Source: Candidatus Dojkabacteria bacterium (lineage in GTDB: Bacteria > Patescibacteriota > Dojkabacteria > J137). From it: a stretch of 64,000 bases of DNA. Positions within the stretch are counted from its first letter, which is position 1, and each line of letters starts with the position of its first letter. The position numbers were made by a program, and so were the translations under genes. A model generated the notes under the pieces. The model saw only the letters and a program-made list of their open reading frames with translations. It was not told where the DNA came from and searched no databases. Positions 1 to 10,363 of the stretch are shown piece after piece. The stretch spans positions 64,656 to 128,655 of the forward strand of contig JAUQWV010000003.1 in assembly GCA_030834985.1 (NCBI GenBank). The letters are read 5' to 3'.

Positions 1-2933
1 GTTTTCCAGCTTATAGAAACTTGATTCTCTGAGATGACTTCCATATTAACACACTTTTGACTATCCGAAGCTCTTTTTATGTATCTTTCCACCGGCAGAT
101 TCTCAACTGTAATAGAATTATCGGCAATGTTAGCAGGTAAGCATAAAGATACTATTGCTGTTGAAGTTAAGTTCGGAAATTTAAAATTAAGCCTATTAGT
201 TAATGCATATTCGCCATCAATTACACTTTCGAATGCAGTTGTATAACTTGGAAGCTTGTCTGAACCTAAATATTTAGGATCAGAAACCCCAAAGGCAATA
301 TCTACAAAATGGTTAGTATTCTTAAATTGTACATCGTTAAAATCTTCTGTAACAACAAAATCCTGATATGCTAAACCGTTTGTTGATAAAACTATGTTCT
401 TAGCCAGCTGATTTGTTTTTAAGGTTGAAAGCAAATCAGCTGGCCTTTCTTTAAAAGAATCAACTAGGTTGCCAAGACTAAAAGCTGTAAGCTGTGCAAT
501 AGTAGCATTCCGATTTCTTAAAGTTTCATTTCCTACTTGAGCAATTTTTAATTGACCTAATAAATCTCCTGAACCGAATTCTATCGAGTTAATCTCCAAA
601 GTATTACCAGTACTATCTTTAACAAACTGTAGAATTGAACTAAGTGAGCTTAAATTAATAGTTGCGACAGCTGCAATATCTCTAGAATAAGTATCTTTAA
701 ATACCTTCGTTACTAAGCCAGTAAATGTATCAAAGTCCTTTACATTTGCTAGGTCATTAAAGACTAAATTATCCTTAACTTTTACATCTATTTGCCTTAA
801 ATTAATTTCCTGTAAGTCTTTATCTGTAAGACTGTTGAACTTAAAACTTGTATCGTCTGTTGACTGCACTACTGCTTCAGCAATACTTCCTTTATTTAAA
901 GTTATTAAGGCATAAGCACTAATATATCCCCCAACTGGCGTTGGAACAGTATTATCTAATACTAGAATTACATAAGATTTAGGGGAGTCGATTCCAAATA
1001 GGGAATTAAAGTATTCAGCACTTTCCATTTGACTTGTAGAGTCTGCAAATTCTAATAATGCTTTATTTGTTGAAGCTAAATTTTGAGTAATAAAACCAGG
1101 AATTAGATTGTAATCTATCGACTCTAGTACATTTGCTGCCTTTTGAATTTTATCGATACCATTTTTTATATACGGCAGATTTGTATTTAAATTTGTAAAG
1201 GCCGATGAATAGTCTGCACCCTGGTTAGACAAAGATATATAGCTATCTGTTGCCGCTCTTTGTATTGTATTATTCTCAAATGATTTTAAGTATTGATTGA
1301 ATGGTGTTAAACCTAAACTTAGATTTTGCGCTCCGTCAATAAATGTAGAATAAGCATCTAAATTTTTTTCAAGCTCTGCAAACTGTTCATTTAAAGCAAA
1401 TAAGTTAGCTACTCCTTGAAACCTTAAAATAATATTTTTAGTATCTTCATAATGAAAATCAATTGTATCTAAATTCTTTTTTAAAGCATTAAAGTCACCT
1501 TTTTTAAAATTGTTTTCTGCGGCAGAAATTTCTGGATGTAAAACCAGCAAATTTCTGCCTACCGCTACGGCAGGTGAAAAGTAATTTATATAAACAAAAG
1601 CGAATAATATAATTAAAGCAAGGATTCCTAGGATTTGAGCCGGGCTTTTATTCTTAAAAATATTAAAGGTCGAACCTAATCCTCTAAAAAATTCCCATAA
1701 AAAATCATCGACCTTTTCACGGAATGTTTTTTTTCGTTTTTTTCTTTCTTTTAAACTTAAAGATGCGGCTTCAATACTTTTTTTACGCAGCTCTTCTTGT
1801 TTTTTTCGTTCTGCAATAAGTCTTCCAACTGCACTATTTTCACCTTCAACTATGGCCTGTTCACTCTCTGCAATTGCTAAAAAGCCTTTAATTTTATCTA
1901 CTAATGTTCCTTGACCTTTACCTTTTTTCTCTAACTCAGGTCCGTTCTCTAAAGCATAGATCTTTGCAGCAGCTAAAGACTGCTTTACTGCTTTCTCAAA
2001 AGGAACTTTAGGCGTCCAGCCGATACTCGATAAGTTTGGAGCTGGTTTATAAAGCTTTAAAGGAGGCAGATTATCCTCTTCATCTATAAACACGATCTCT
2101 CTCGCATCAGTGTCATACTCCTGAATCTTGTATGCTAGTGCTAGGTTTGTAAATGGGGTTTCGTATGTTGCAGAATAAATTTCTCCTGAGGTGACTCTAG
2201 AAAATTGTGCTTTAATTATTCCGTAAGCAACATCTAAAATATGAACATACCACTCTGAATCAAGACCATCCTTACTTAATCGAATTTGATTATTTGTAAC
2301 AGCATCTAATAATATCTCTGTAAAAGCAGTTTTTTTTGTAAAGTCTAAACCGTCTCCGATAATTTCGCCTAAGCGAACAATTCTTACATCTAATCTATCG
2401 CGTTCAAAGTACTCCATTACTAAACTCTCTGCGTATTTTTGTAATTCCATTTCTGTATACACAGTATGCCGACCAGTATTTAAGCCGTAACCAAATTCCA
2501 TATTTAGATCTTGTTTTGCCAAAACAAGTTGGTGAGCCTTTATTGATGTTGTTAACAAGAATTTTGCATTAAATTTCTTTGTTAAATTTAATGTTGCATC
2601 CAAATAGTTAGATAAAGTTAAAAACTCACTTGTAGAGATTTTATTACTTAAATTATCAGCTTCATGTTGAAAATAGAATACATAGTCTAATCTACGTAAG
2701 TCTTCATCTAGATGAGGAATTGCAGTGTAATCTACAAAGCTAATTAATGTATGATCATTAAAGGCGCTTAGTTTTGCTTCAGTATCTTTTGTATATGAAT
2801 CAACTAAAATTACATAACCACCCTGCTCAATCAAAGACTCTGCAATCTCAAGACCGAGCCTGTTTAAACCTCCGATAATTAACGAGGTTGGATATTTTAT
2901 TGTATTTTTTAATCTATATTTTTCGGGTATCAT
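1..2933 (-). CDS. Large membrane protein, 3'-partial: degenerate NAD-dependent epimerase/SDR domain + coiled linker + TM + DUF4012-like extracellular domain
   Basis: Not in the ORF track because it runs off the window. Manual translation from ATG 2933: MIPEKYRLKNTIKYPTSLIIGGLNRLG...VRIVRLGEIIG...YVHILDVAYG...GWTPKVPFE, then TM ILGILALIILFAFVYI, then YVILVLDNTVPTPVGGYISAY. No stop found to position 1. Confidence 0.8.
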   Translation of the reverse strand, partial: MIPEKYRLKNTIKYPTSLIIGGLNRLGLEIAESLIEQGGYVILVDSYTKDTEAKLSAFNDHTLISFVDYTAIPHLDEDLRRLDYVFYFQHEADNLSNKISTSEFLTLSNYLDATLNLTKKFNAKFLLTTSIKAHQLVLAKQDLNMEFGYGLNTGRHTVYTEMELQKYAESLVMEYFERDRLDVRIVRLGEIIGDGLDFTKKTAFTEILLDAVTNNQIRLSKDGLDSEWYVHILDVAYGIIKAQFSRVTSGEIYSATYETPFTNLALAYKIQEYDTDAREIVFIDEEDNLPPLKLYKPAPNLSSIGWTPKVPFEKAVKQSLAAAKIYALENGPELEKKGKGQGTLVDKIKGFLAIAESEQAIVEGENSAVGRLIAERKKQEELRKKSIEAASLSLKERKKRKKTFREKVDDFLWEFFRGLGSTFNIFKNKSPAQILGILALIILFAFVYINYFSPAVAVGRNLLVLHPEISAAENNFKKGDFNALKKNLDTIDFHYEDTKNIILRFQGVANLFALNEQFAELEKNLDAYSTFIDGAQNLSLGLTPFNQYLKSFENNTIQRAATDSYISLSNQGADYSSAFTNLNTNLPYIKNGIDKIQKAANVLESIDYNLIPGFITQNLASTNKALLEFADSTSQMESAEYFNSLFGIDSPKSYVILVLDNTVPTPVGGYISAYALITLNKGSIAEAVVQSTDDTSFKFNSLTDKDLQEINLRQIDVKVKDNLVFNDLANVKDFDTFTGLVTKVFKDTYSRDIAAVATINLSSLSSILQFVKDSTGNTLEINSIEFGSGDLLGQLKIAQVGNETLRNRNATIAQLTAFSLGNLVDSFKERPADLLSTLKTNQLAKNIVLSTNGLAYQDFVVTEDFNDVQFKNTNHFVDIAFGVSDPKYLGSDKLPSYTTAFESVIDGEYALTNRLNFKFPNLTSTAIVSLCLPANIADNSITVENLPVERYIKRASDSQKCVNMEVISENQVSISWK

Positions 2934-2940
2934 CTATTTT

Positions 2941-3627
2941 TTAAATTGTATTTACTTCAACTGGCTGCAGCATTAGCTGAACGTCAATATTTAAATCAAA
3001 AAATTTAATTTTATCTCTATCTTCCTGTGTTTCCGGTAAGATTGTAAATTCTAAAGGTTCGTAACCAGTTTTACTTATTTTTAATCTATGCTGTGAATTT
3101 AAATCTAGATTAGTTGAAACATTTTGACCAGTAATTCTTTCTGCTGGTACGCCATCAATACTAAAATTAAAATTTTCAGTAGATACATTTATATTTAATT
3201 TTGAATTTGAAGATTCAACTCCTTTCTTAGTGGCATAAATAATATGACCTTCACTAAATTGTTCATCTGGTCCTAAGTTATATGCAACAACAACCGTAGA
3301 ACCAGTAATAAAATCAATCAGTTTACTAAAGTCTGAATAAGTATCTGCAAACTCACCTGTACGCTTTATTGTTAATAAATGTTCACCCGGTTCAACTCGA
3401 TAAACAAAATAAGGTGAGTTTTCCGGAGTTACTTTACCTTCAGAATGCCCATCTAAAAATATTTCCAGTTCACCAGCTAAAGAACTAACTTGCAAACCTG
3501 CAATTGATTCTGGTTTTGTCACACCAATAAGTGCGCCTAAGTCTATATTCCAGCGAAGCCATGGTGACCAAACAGCCAGTAAAACTAAAGCTACAAATAT
3601 AAGTGTTATTGTTAGAATTCGTTTCAT
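2941..3627 (-). CDS. Membrane-anchored PEGA-like domain protein
   Basis: N-terminal TM; PEGA-type motifs IFLDG..GKVTP, PGEHLLTIKR, HRLKISKTGY. Confidence 0.65.
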   Translation of the reverse strand: MKRILTITLIFVALVLLAVWSPWLRWNIDLGALIGVTKPESIAGLQVSSLAGELEIFLDGHSEGKVTPENSPYFVYRVEPGEHLLTIKRTGEFADTYSDFSKLIDFITGSTVVVAYNLGPDEQFSEGHIIYATKKGVESSNSKLNINVSTENFNFSIDGVPAERITGQNVSTNLDLNSQHRLKISKTGYEPLEFTILPETQEDRDKIKFFDLNIDVQLMLQPVEVNTI

Positions 3628-3697
3628 AGTTATGCAATACTCCCAACATAACTATTCTACAAGAAATGCAAGCGAGTTGAAAGGATTAAAACTTTGC

Positions 3698-4594
3698 TTA
3701 TTTTGCCCAAGATTTAAGAATATCTACTTGTGCCTTAGCACCTTCAGGTGTGTCCAGGGACGGCGTTTCTAAGATAAAGTCCTTATTTTTTAATTTGGGA
3801 TGATTTAGAAACGCCGTCATAGCATCTTTACCAATCTTAGCACTAGGAGAATCCAAATCCTCATGTCGATCTCGGTGTGATGCAAACTCTGTTTTTGAAT
3901 CATTAAAATGTACTACAGGAATTTTATTTAAACCCAATATCTTATCAGCTAGCTCTACTACATTTTCTAAATCATTAATTAAATCGTATCCAGAAGCAAA
4001 CATATGCTGAGTATCTAAACAGAAGCCTAGTTTTGGCTTATGCTCATCTTTAACAGCAGTATAAATCTCGGCCAATTCTTCAAATCTATCGCCTACTACA
4101 CTTCCTGAACCAGCTGCAATCTCTAAAAATAGTCTAGGTTTATTCCAAAATTCGTTATTAGAACCTGCACTTGGGAGCTTTTCTAGTTCGTCAAATATCC
4201 AATTTAAGCCGTATACAACTCTTTCGTATCCGATTTTTTCTTCGGGCTGATCTTTCATAGAACCAGTATGGAATATCACTCCATCTCCATTAATTCTACG
4301 AAGTAATTCCATATGATTTACAATCGACATCTTTGATAAATGAAATTTCTGCTTATCTGGATTTGCTAAATTTATTAAATAAATTCCATGAAAATAAACT
4401 TTTTTAATATTTTTATCAGAAGCTTTAACCTCTAAATATTTTTCGATAGCCTCATCTTTAAAGGGTTGTGTATTCCATCTTTGAGGTGGCGCAGGATGAG
4501 TCATAACAGTATTTACGCCTAAAGCATTACCACGCTCAATAATATTAAAAAGCCCACCTGCCGAAGAGACAAAACATCCTAAATATCTATCCAT
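3698..4594 (-). CDS. nfo: Endonuclease IV (AP endonuclease family 2)
   Basis: HGIYLINLA, FHTGS, LE, CLDTQH, HFNDSK, DRH, ILETP zinc-ligand motifs. Confidence 0.93.
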   Translation of the reverse strand: MDRYLGCFVSSAGGLFNIIERGNALGVNTVMTHPAPPQRWNTQPFKDEAIEKYLEVKASDKNIKKVYFHGIYLINLANPDKQKFHLSKMSIVNHMELLRRINGDGVIFHTGSMKDQPEEKIGYERVVYGLNWIFDELEKLPSAGSNNEFWNKPRLFLEIAAGSGSVVGDRFEELAEIYTAVKDEHKPKLGFCLDTQHMFASGYDLINDLENVVELADKILGLNKIPVVHFNDSKTEFASHRDRHEDLDSPSAKIGKDAMTAFLNHPKLKNKDFILETPSLDTPEGAKAQVDILKSWAK

Positions 4595-4595
4595 A

Positions 4596-5441
4596 CTATT
4601 TTTTATTTCTAAAGAATATTGAAATTATTAATCCTGAAAACAAAATAAGAATTAAACTTATATAAAAATATTCTGGTGTCCTTGCTTGAGTGTTATCTCT
4701 AAATAATAGAAGTAGTGCAATAAAAAAATTACTGACAACAATTATTGAAGAATACTTACTAAATCTATACATATCATCAGAAGTTCTAACAGAATACTTA
4801 GTATTAATAGATTGCATTACATTTCCGCAGAACTCCTTTGCATAGCTAAGTTCATCTTCTAGATATGTTTTCTTGTAATTCAATGCTGTTTGCAAAGTTT
4901 TACTAATATAATCATCTACAAGTTCGATCAACTTATCTTGATTTGCAAATATTAGATTAATTGTAGATATATTCAATTGTGCGTTCGTTAAATGTCTTAT
5001 TACTTTATAGTTATCAGCTTTGTCGGCATATTCTTTTCTAATTTCATTTATATCGTAAAGAATATGGTTAATAATTCTAGAAACATCTTCAAATACTAAA
5101 GATAAAAACTGTTCAAAAAAACTCCCAAATGATTTTGCAGAAATTGCTGCAACCTCTTGGCTGTATTTTTCAAAAAAGTACGATGAATTATTTGCAAATA
5201 GATTAATCTGTTTTTCTTTTAAATCTACAAGAATATTAATCTCTACTGAATCAATAGATTTTCTTTTAGCGTTATACTCTGGAATATAAAAAATCATAAA
5301 AAGAAAATCTTCATTCTCCACAAACTCAACTCTTGAGTTGGGAACGGTAATTTTGTTCTTAATCTCGTCTGGGACAGGAAGTTTCTGTAGCTCAGCATTA
5401 AGCACCTCTACAGGAAGATTTAAGTGAAGTTTTACATTCAT
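4596..5441 (-). CDS. Divergent CorA-like divalent cation transporter
   Basis: Soluble alpha/beta N-domain, long helices, two C-terminal TMs; GMN signature absent. Confidence 0.55.
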   Translation of the reverse strand: MNVKLHLNLPVEVLNAELQKLPVPDEIKNKITVPNSRVEFVENEDFLFMIFYIPEYNAKRKSIDSVEINILVDLKEKQINLFANNSSYFFEKYSQEVAAISAKSFGSFFEQFLSLVFEDVSRIINHILYDINEIRKEYADKADNYKVIRHLTNAQLNISTINLIFANQDKLIELVDDYISKTLQTALNYKKTYLEDELSYAKEFCGNVMQSINTKYSVRTSDDMYRFSKYSSIIVVSNFFIALLLLFRDNTQARTPEYFYISLILILFSGLIISIFFRNKK

Positions 5442-5454
5442 AGTATAAAATTTT

Positions 5455-5727
5455 TCAAAGATTATTATCTGGAACAGCTGAGCTCACAGGAATATCTTCA
5501 ACTGGATAAGATACAGTTTCTTCTCCTAATACTTTACCTTTAATATCTAGACTTGACTCCTCTGTTTCAATATCGGTTCCTAAAGGTTCTACTTCTGCCG
5601 GCTGTGAAAATGCATTAAGTAATAAAACTATAACAATAAATGTTCCAAACACTAATACTGATGGCGATACATAAGCTGACAACGAATTATGTGTTTTAAA
5701 CTTTAAAATTCCATTGGAAAGACTCAT
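5455..5727 (-). CDS. Small single-TM hypothetical protein
   Basis: 90 aa, one TM, acidic tail with GKVLGE motif. Confidence 0.6.
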   Translation of the reverse strand: MSLSNGILKFKTHNSLSAYVSPSVLVFGTFIVIVLLLNAFSQPAEVEPLGTDIETEESSLDIKGKVLGEETVSYPVEDIPVSSAVPDNNL

Positions 5728-5772
5728 TGTATAACTATACAGTTTTATTCTTATTCGTTCAACCGCTTGCGA

Positions 5773-7224
5773 TCAGTTGTTTAGAAGTTTTCTTATTTCT
5801 TCTTCAGCAATTCTAGGATTAACTTTTCCCTGTGACAATTTCATTACTTGTCCAACAAGTGCCTTTATTACATTAGGATTTTTTGCAAAATCCGCAACAA
5901 GTTTTGGATTTTGCTCAATCGCCTGTTTAGCAAAGTTTTCAACTTCTGAAGAATCTGTTATTTGTACTAGACCAAGTTCTGTTACTAGGTCATTAATACT
6001 TTTTTTAGCGTTGTTTTCTTCAACTAATCTAGCTTCTATCAGTTTTTTTACACCTATTCCAGAGATCTTCTTTTGAGCTAGTAACTGTACGATTTCTAAT
6101 AGATCCTGCTGTGTAAGATTAATCTGATCAATTTCTTTATTTAATTTTTCTAATCTGCCTGAAATTTCACCTACAACCCATTTAGCAGCTTCTTTTACTA
6201 ATTCTTTTTGTGAATCTAGCTTTAAAAGTTCATCAAACCAGTCACCTTTTGTTCTATCATCTACAAAAATATCTGCCTGCTCGCTTTCTAAACCTACATC
6301 CATATAACGCTGCTTACGCTCGTGCGGCAGTTCTGGTATTGAATTTGCAAGTTCTTGGATTTGGGCATCGGAGATGTGAATTGGGGGGATGTCCGGTTCT
6401 GGGAAATACCGATAATCATCAGCGGTTTCTTTAGACCGTTGAAAAAACGTTTCACCGGACATCCCCTTTAAACCTCGTGTTTGGCTCTTAATCTTCTCAG
6501 CTTTATCTAAAAGCTCTGATTGCCTTTGAACTTCAAAATTTAAAACTTTTTCTAATACAGAAATAGAACCAATATTTTTTACTTCAACTTTATAGTCTGG
6601 TAGCTGCCCTGCTGGCATTGAATCTGGCTTTACACTTATATTTAATTCAAATCTCATCTGGCCTTTTTGCATTTCTGCATCAGATATATCCAAGTACTTA
6701 ACTATCTGTTTTAATCTTTTAGAAAATAGAATTACTTCTTCAACAGACTCAAAGTCTGGATAAGTTACGATTTCAATCAAGGGCACGCCGGATTTATTGT
6801 AGTCTATTAAAGTATCGTCATTTTCGGCATGCAAAGACTTAGCTGTATCTTCTTCTAAATGCAACCTTTGGATTCGGATCCTTCTAGAATCTCCCATCAC
6901 TTCAATCTCTACAAAACCATTCTCTCCAATAGGTTGGTCGTATTGAGAAATCTGATATCCTTTTGGTAAATCAGGATAAAAATAGTTTTTTCTATCAAAC
7001 TTTGTTTCCTTATTGATGGTACAGTTTAATGCTATTGCCAATTTTAATGCTTTGTTAAAAGCCTCTTTATTTGGAACAGGCAATGCACCCGGCAATCCAA
7101 AACATACTGGGCAAACATGCGTATTAGGCTCACTTTCAAAATATTGAGAAGCACACCTGCAAAACATTTTTGAGTTAGTTTTGACTTGAAGATGAATTTC
7201 TAAACCAACTACCGGTAAATACAT
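5773..7224 (-). CDS. gatB: Asp-tRNA(Asn)/Glu-tRNA(Gln) amidotransferase subunit B
   Basis: VGLEIHLQ, FDRKNYFYPDLPKGYQISQ, HLEED, YRYFPEPD; start moved to ATG 7224 (MYLPVVG). Confidence 0.97.
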   Translation of the reverse strand: MYLPVVGLEIHLQVKTNSKMFCRCASQYFESEPNTHVCPVCFGLPGALPVPNKEAFNKALKLAIALNCTINKETKFDRKNYFYPDLPKGYQISQYDQPIGENGFVEIEVMGDSRRIRIQRLHLEEDTAKSLHAENDDTLIDYNKSGVPLIEIVTYPDFESVEEVILFSKRLKQIVKYLDISDAEMQKGQMRFELNISVKPDSMPAGQLPDYKVEVKNIGSISVLEKVLNFEVQRQSELLDKAEKIKSQTRGLKGMSGETFFQRSKETADDYRYFPEPDIPPIHISDAQIQELANSIPELPHERKQRYMDVGLESEQADIFVDDRTKGDWFDELLKLDSQKELVKEAAKWVVGEISGRLEKLNKEIDQINLTQQDLLEIVQLLAQKKISGIGVKKLIEARLVEENNAKKSINDLVTELGLVQITDSSEVENFAKQAIEQNPKLVADFAKNPNVIKALVGQVMKLSQGKVNPRIAEEEIRKLLNN

Positions 7225-7270
7225 AATTGTATATGTTAAATCGACTAGATTATATACCAATTTGAAGCTA

Positions 7271-8047
7271 CTAGTTAAAAAAACAGTTCCAGTTGAATAT
7301 ATCTTCAACTCCTGAAGTCGGGCAGACTCCGTCTGCCCGACGTTCAAAAAAATTCAAATTTTGTAGTTTAACTACAGAATCCAAAGTATTTGTAGGTAAG
7401 ACTTCATTGCTTGTTAATCTCCAAAGCTGAATAGAAGCACCATATATTGTAACTAATACTGCCATAATCAATGCTACTTTTTTTACCTGCAAAATTTTAA
7501 ATACATCAATAAAGTTTTTAGCTTTTGTATTTTGGCTCTCTTTTAATTCTGGCTCTGCATCTTCAATAAAAGTTCCGCTAATCCATAAAGAAAGACCTAC
7601 TCCAAAGAATGCACCTGTAACAAATCTAATTAAATTATTGCTTGCATAAAGCGGTAAGTTTGAAAGAGTGCTTGCTCCTTCAATGTTTAAAGCCGTAAAA
7701 GCTGTTTGAATTCCACCATCTAAAGCAATAGGAATTACAAAAGGAATAACCCAATACCATTTAATTGGCTTTACTATTTTAAATTTTAATAGCCATGCCA
7801 CTACGGCTACCGCTAGCCAGATTCCGGTATCTCTGGCACACCAAGCAAATTGATAATCAAACAAATGGATTGAACGGGAAGCAAACTGATGACAAAAAAA
7901 GCTATAAACGAAGTAGATCATCTTAGCAGGAAGCTCTAGTCCTAGTCTTAAAAGTACAGGTGCTAGAATCGGCAAGGCTACTAAAGTCGTTAAAATTCCT
8001 AAATACAGATTATAAAAATTCTTATAGTAAGCGCTGTTTTTATGCAT
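7271..8047 (-). CDS. DUF2085-family membrane protein
   Basis: CHQ...RS, CARDTG, ALDG, NLIRFVTG motifs with several TMs. Confidence 0.8.
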   Translation of the reverse strand: MHKNSAYYKNFYNLYLGILTTLVALPILAPVLLRLGLELPAKMIYFVYSFFCHQFASRSIHLFDYQFAWCARDTGIWLAVAVVAWLLKFKIVKPIKWYWVIPFVIPIALDGGIQTAFTALNIEGASTLSNLPLYASNNLIRFVTGAFFGVGLSLWISGTFIEDAEPELKESQNTKAKNFIDVFKILQVKKVALIMAVLVTIYGASIQLWRLTSNEVLPTNTLDSVVKLQNLNFFERRADGVCPTSGVEDIFNWNCFFN

Positions 8048-8105
8048 AAATATCTTTAAACTGGCTAATTATAACCACAAGAAGTATAAAGTTATAGCTA
8101 CTTAA

Positions 8106-8114
8106 TGGTATAAT
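8106..8114 (+). promoter_or_regulatory. Extended -10 promoter (TGGTATAAT) for rnj
   Basis: TGnTATAAT about 80 nt upstream of the rnj ATG. Confidence 0.55.
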
Positions 8115-8196
8115 GCAGGAGCATTTGCTAAAAGCTTTGACCTATAAATACTTTAAGCGGTTAGCGAGTTATTTAATTAATTAGTTTTGTACCTAT

Positions 8197-9948
8197 ATGG
8201 AAGAAAAACAGGAAAAAAAGTTAAATTTTGACGGACTTGAAAGAAAAAATCCAAGACCGCGACCAACAAATAGACCACGACCTCAAGGAGATTTAAAAAT
8301 CATCCCTTTAGGAGGAGTTGAAGAGATTGGAATTAACTGTACAGTTTACGAATACAATAATGAGATTATTCTTGTAGACTTAGGACTCGGATTTTCTGAG
8401 TTTGATTATTACGGAATTGACGCAGTTGTTCCTGATATAAAATATTTAACTCCAAAGAAGAAAAAGATAAAGGGAATATTTGTTACACATGGTCATTTAG
8501 ACCATATTGGGGCTTTCCCGTATTTGATTGAAGACCTAGGATTTCCTCATGTTTACGGCTCTAAATTTACAATAAAAATGATAGAGCAAAGATTAAATGA
8601 AGATCCAAGTCTTTTACCTAAAATGCAGAATAAGCTGCATACCGTTGAAGAAAAAGATGTTTTAAGACTTGGAAGTTTTAAACTAGAGTTTTTTCATGTA
8701 AACCACTCTATTCCTCAGTGTTTGGGTGTTTGCATTCAAACACCAACTGCAAGAGTTGTTCATACAGGAGATTTTAAGTTTGATAATTCTCCAATTAATG
8801 AGCCTGTTGCTAACTTTGGTAAGATAGTCGAATTTGGAAACCGAGGTGTAGATGTTCTATTAGCAGATTCTACAAATTCACTTAAGAAAGGCTACCCTGT
8901 TAGCGAAAGTGATGTAGCAAAAAATCTTGAAGATGCAATTGAAAGAGCCGACGGAAGAGTTATTATAGGAACATTCTCTGGCTTAGTAGGAAGACTTTAC
9001 CAATTAATTGAAATTGCTCGTAAGCAAGGCAAAAAAGTTGCTGTTGCGGGATTTTCAATGGAGAAAACCTTAACGCTTGCGCAAGAAATCGGCTACATTA
9101 AAATCCCGCCTGGATTATTAATTCCAATGAAAGAAGTTAATAAATATGATCCGTCCAAGGTCTTAATTTTGACGACAGGAGCTCAAGGCGAGCCCGAAGC
9201 AGCATTAAGCAAAATGTCTGCTGAAGACTACAAAGGATTTCAAATTCAAAAAGGAGATACCATTATAATCTCTGCTAAAACAATTCCAGGTAATGATAGA
9301 GCTGTTCAATTAATGGTTGATAATATCACAAGACGAGGTGCAGTTGTAGTGCAATTAGACGAAATGGACTTATTTACATCTGGACACGGCTATCAAGAAG
9401 ATCAAAAAATTATGCTCAACTTGGTTAAACCAAAGTTCTTTATGCCTGTTCACGGTTATCAATACTTTTTACGAGCACATGCTGAAACAGCAGTTAAAGT
9501 TGGAGTTCCTAGACAGAACGTAATAATCTCTCAACGAGGATGTGTAATTGAAGGAAATCGTTTTAAAGGATTTAAAATAACAAAGAAATTTCCGTGCGAA
9601 CCCTTAATTGTTTCAGGCTCAGGAGTTGGTGATGTAGGAACAGTTGTTTTAAGAGAACGTGAACAAATGGCAAATTATGGAATGATAATTATCAGTCTAA
9701 TGGCAGATAAAGAACGAAAGCTAATTAGAAGTCCATTTGTATTAACACGTGGTTTTGTTTATGTAAAAAGCAACCAGGAATTATTACAATTTATTGCAGA
9801 TAGTACTGAAAAAATTTATACCAATGCAGTAAAAGAAAATTCTGACAATAATACTGTAAAAGATAAAATTACTACAGAGATTGGAAAGCTTGTTTACAAA
9901 GAAACTGAGCGTGAGCCGATAATTATGACGATACTAAACTACGTATAA
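8197..9948 (+). CDS. rnj: Ribonuclease J
   Basis: PLGGVEEIG, THGHLDHIG, HSIP, HTGDFK, TGAQGE, SGHG, PVHG. Confidence 0.95.
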   Translation: MEEKQEKKLNFDGLERKNPRPRPTNRPRPQGDLKIIPLGGVEEIGINCTVYEYNNEIILVDLGLGFSEFDYYGIDAVVPDIKYLTPKKKKIKGIFVTHGHLDHIGAFPYLIEDLGFPHVYGSKFTIKMIEQRLNEDPSLLPKMQNKLHTVEEKDVLRLGSFKLEFFHVNHSIPQCLGVCIQTPTARVVHTGDFKFDNSPINEPVANFGKIVEFGNRGVDVLLADSTNSLKKGYPVSESDVAKNLEDAIERADGRVIIGTFSGLVGRLYQLIEIARKQGKKVAVAGFSMEKTLTLAQEIGYIKIPPGLLIPMKEVNKYDPSKVLILTTGAQGEPEAALSKMSAEDYKGFQIQKGDTIIISAKTIPGNDRAVQLMVDNITRRGAVVVQLDEMDLFTSGHGYQEDQKIMLNLVKPKFFMPVHGYQYFLRAHAETAVKVGVPRQNVIISQRGCVIEGNRFKGFKITKKFPCEPLIVSGSGVGDVGTVVLREREQMANYGMIIISLMADKERKLIRSPFVLTRGFVYVKSNQELLQFIADSTEKIYTNAVKENSDNNTVKDKITTEIGKLVYKETEREPIIMTILNYV

Positions 9949-9958
9949 TCTGCAGTTA

Positions 9959-10357
9959 CTAAGGTTCAAGATCAGCAAAGTCTAATATATCAACTTCTGC
10001 AAATAAAAAAGGTAGTTGTTTAATAATATACATTTCCATTTCTAATGCCGAATAAAACTGCATCATAATTGCCTGACGTACTAACTTGTTTAGCTTACGC
10101 CTATGATGCTCAAATTCTTTTACATTAGTATAAATAAATGCACTGCCGTCTAGGTAAACATTTTCTTCGATTGGTGTATTTTCATTTGCAGAAAAAGAGA
10201 TTATAAAAAAATCTTTAGAATCTGGATGCTCAGCATCATGTTCATAAAAGTCAAAAGAGATTTCACCAAATGCATTTTTGGTATCAAGTAATACAATCTC
10301 TTCAGGATATTTTGACTGTGGTTCTTGTTTAGGCTGCACTAACGGTGTGTTGGCCAT
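9959..10357 (-). CDS. Hypothetical protein
   Basis: 132-aa ORF, tightly spaced with neighbours; no motif recognised. Confidence 0.6.
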   Translation of the reverse strand: MANTPLVQPKQEPQSKYPEEIVLLDTKNAFGEISFDFYEHDAEHPDSKDFFIISFSANENTPIEENVYLDGSAFIYTNVKEFEHHRRKLNKLVRQAIMMQFYSALEMEMYIIKQLPFLFAEVDILDFADLEP

Positions 10358-10363
10358 TGATTA

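Noticed and set aside
5773-5775. Genetic code 25 (TGA = Gly)
   Set aside because: TGA ends gatB at its expected C-terminus, and conserved genes have no internal TGA.
7225-7347. 41-aa N-terminal extension of GatB
   Set aside because: It overlaps the DUF2085 gene; family similarity begins at MYLPVVGLE (7224).
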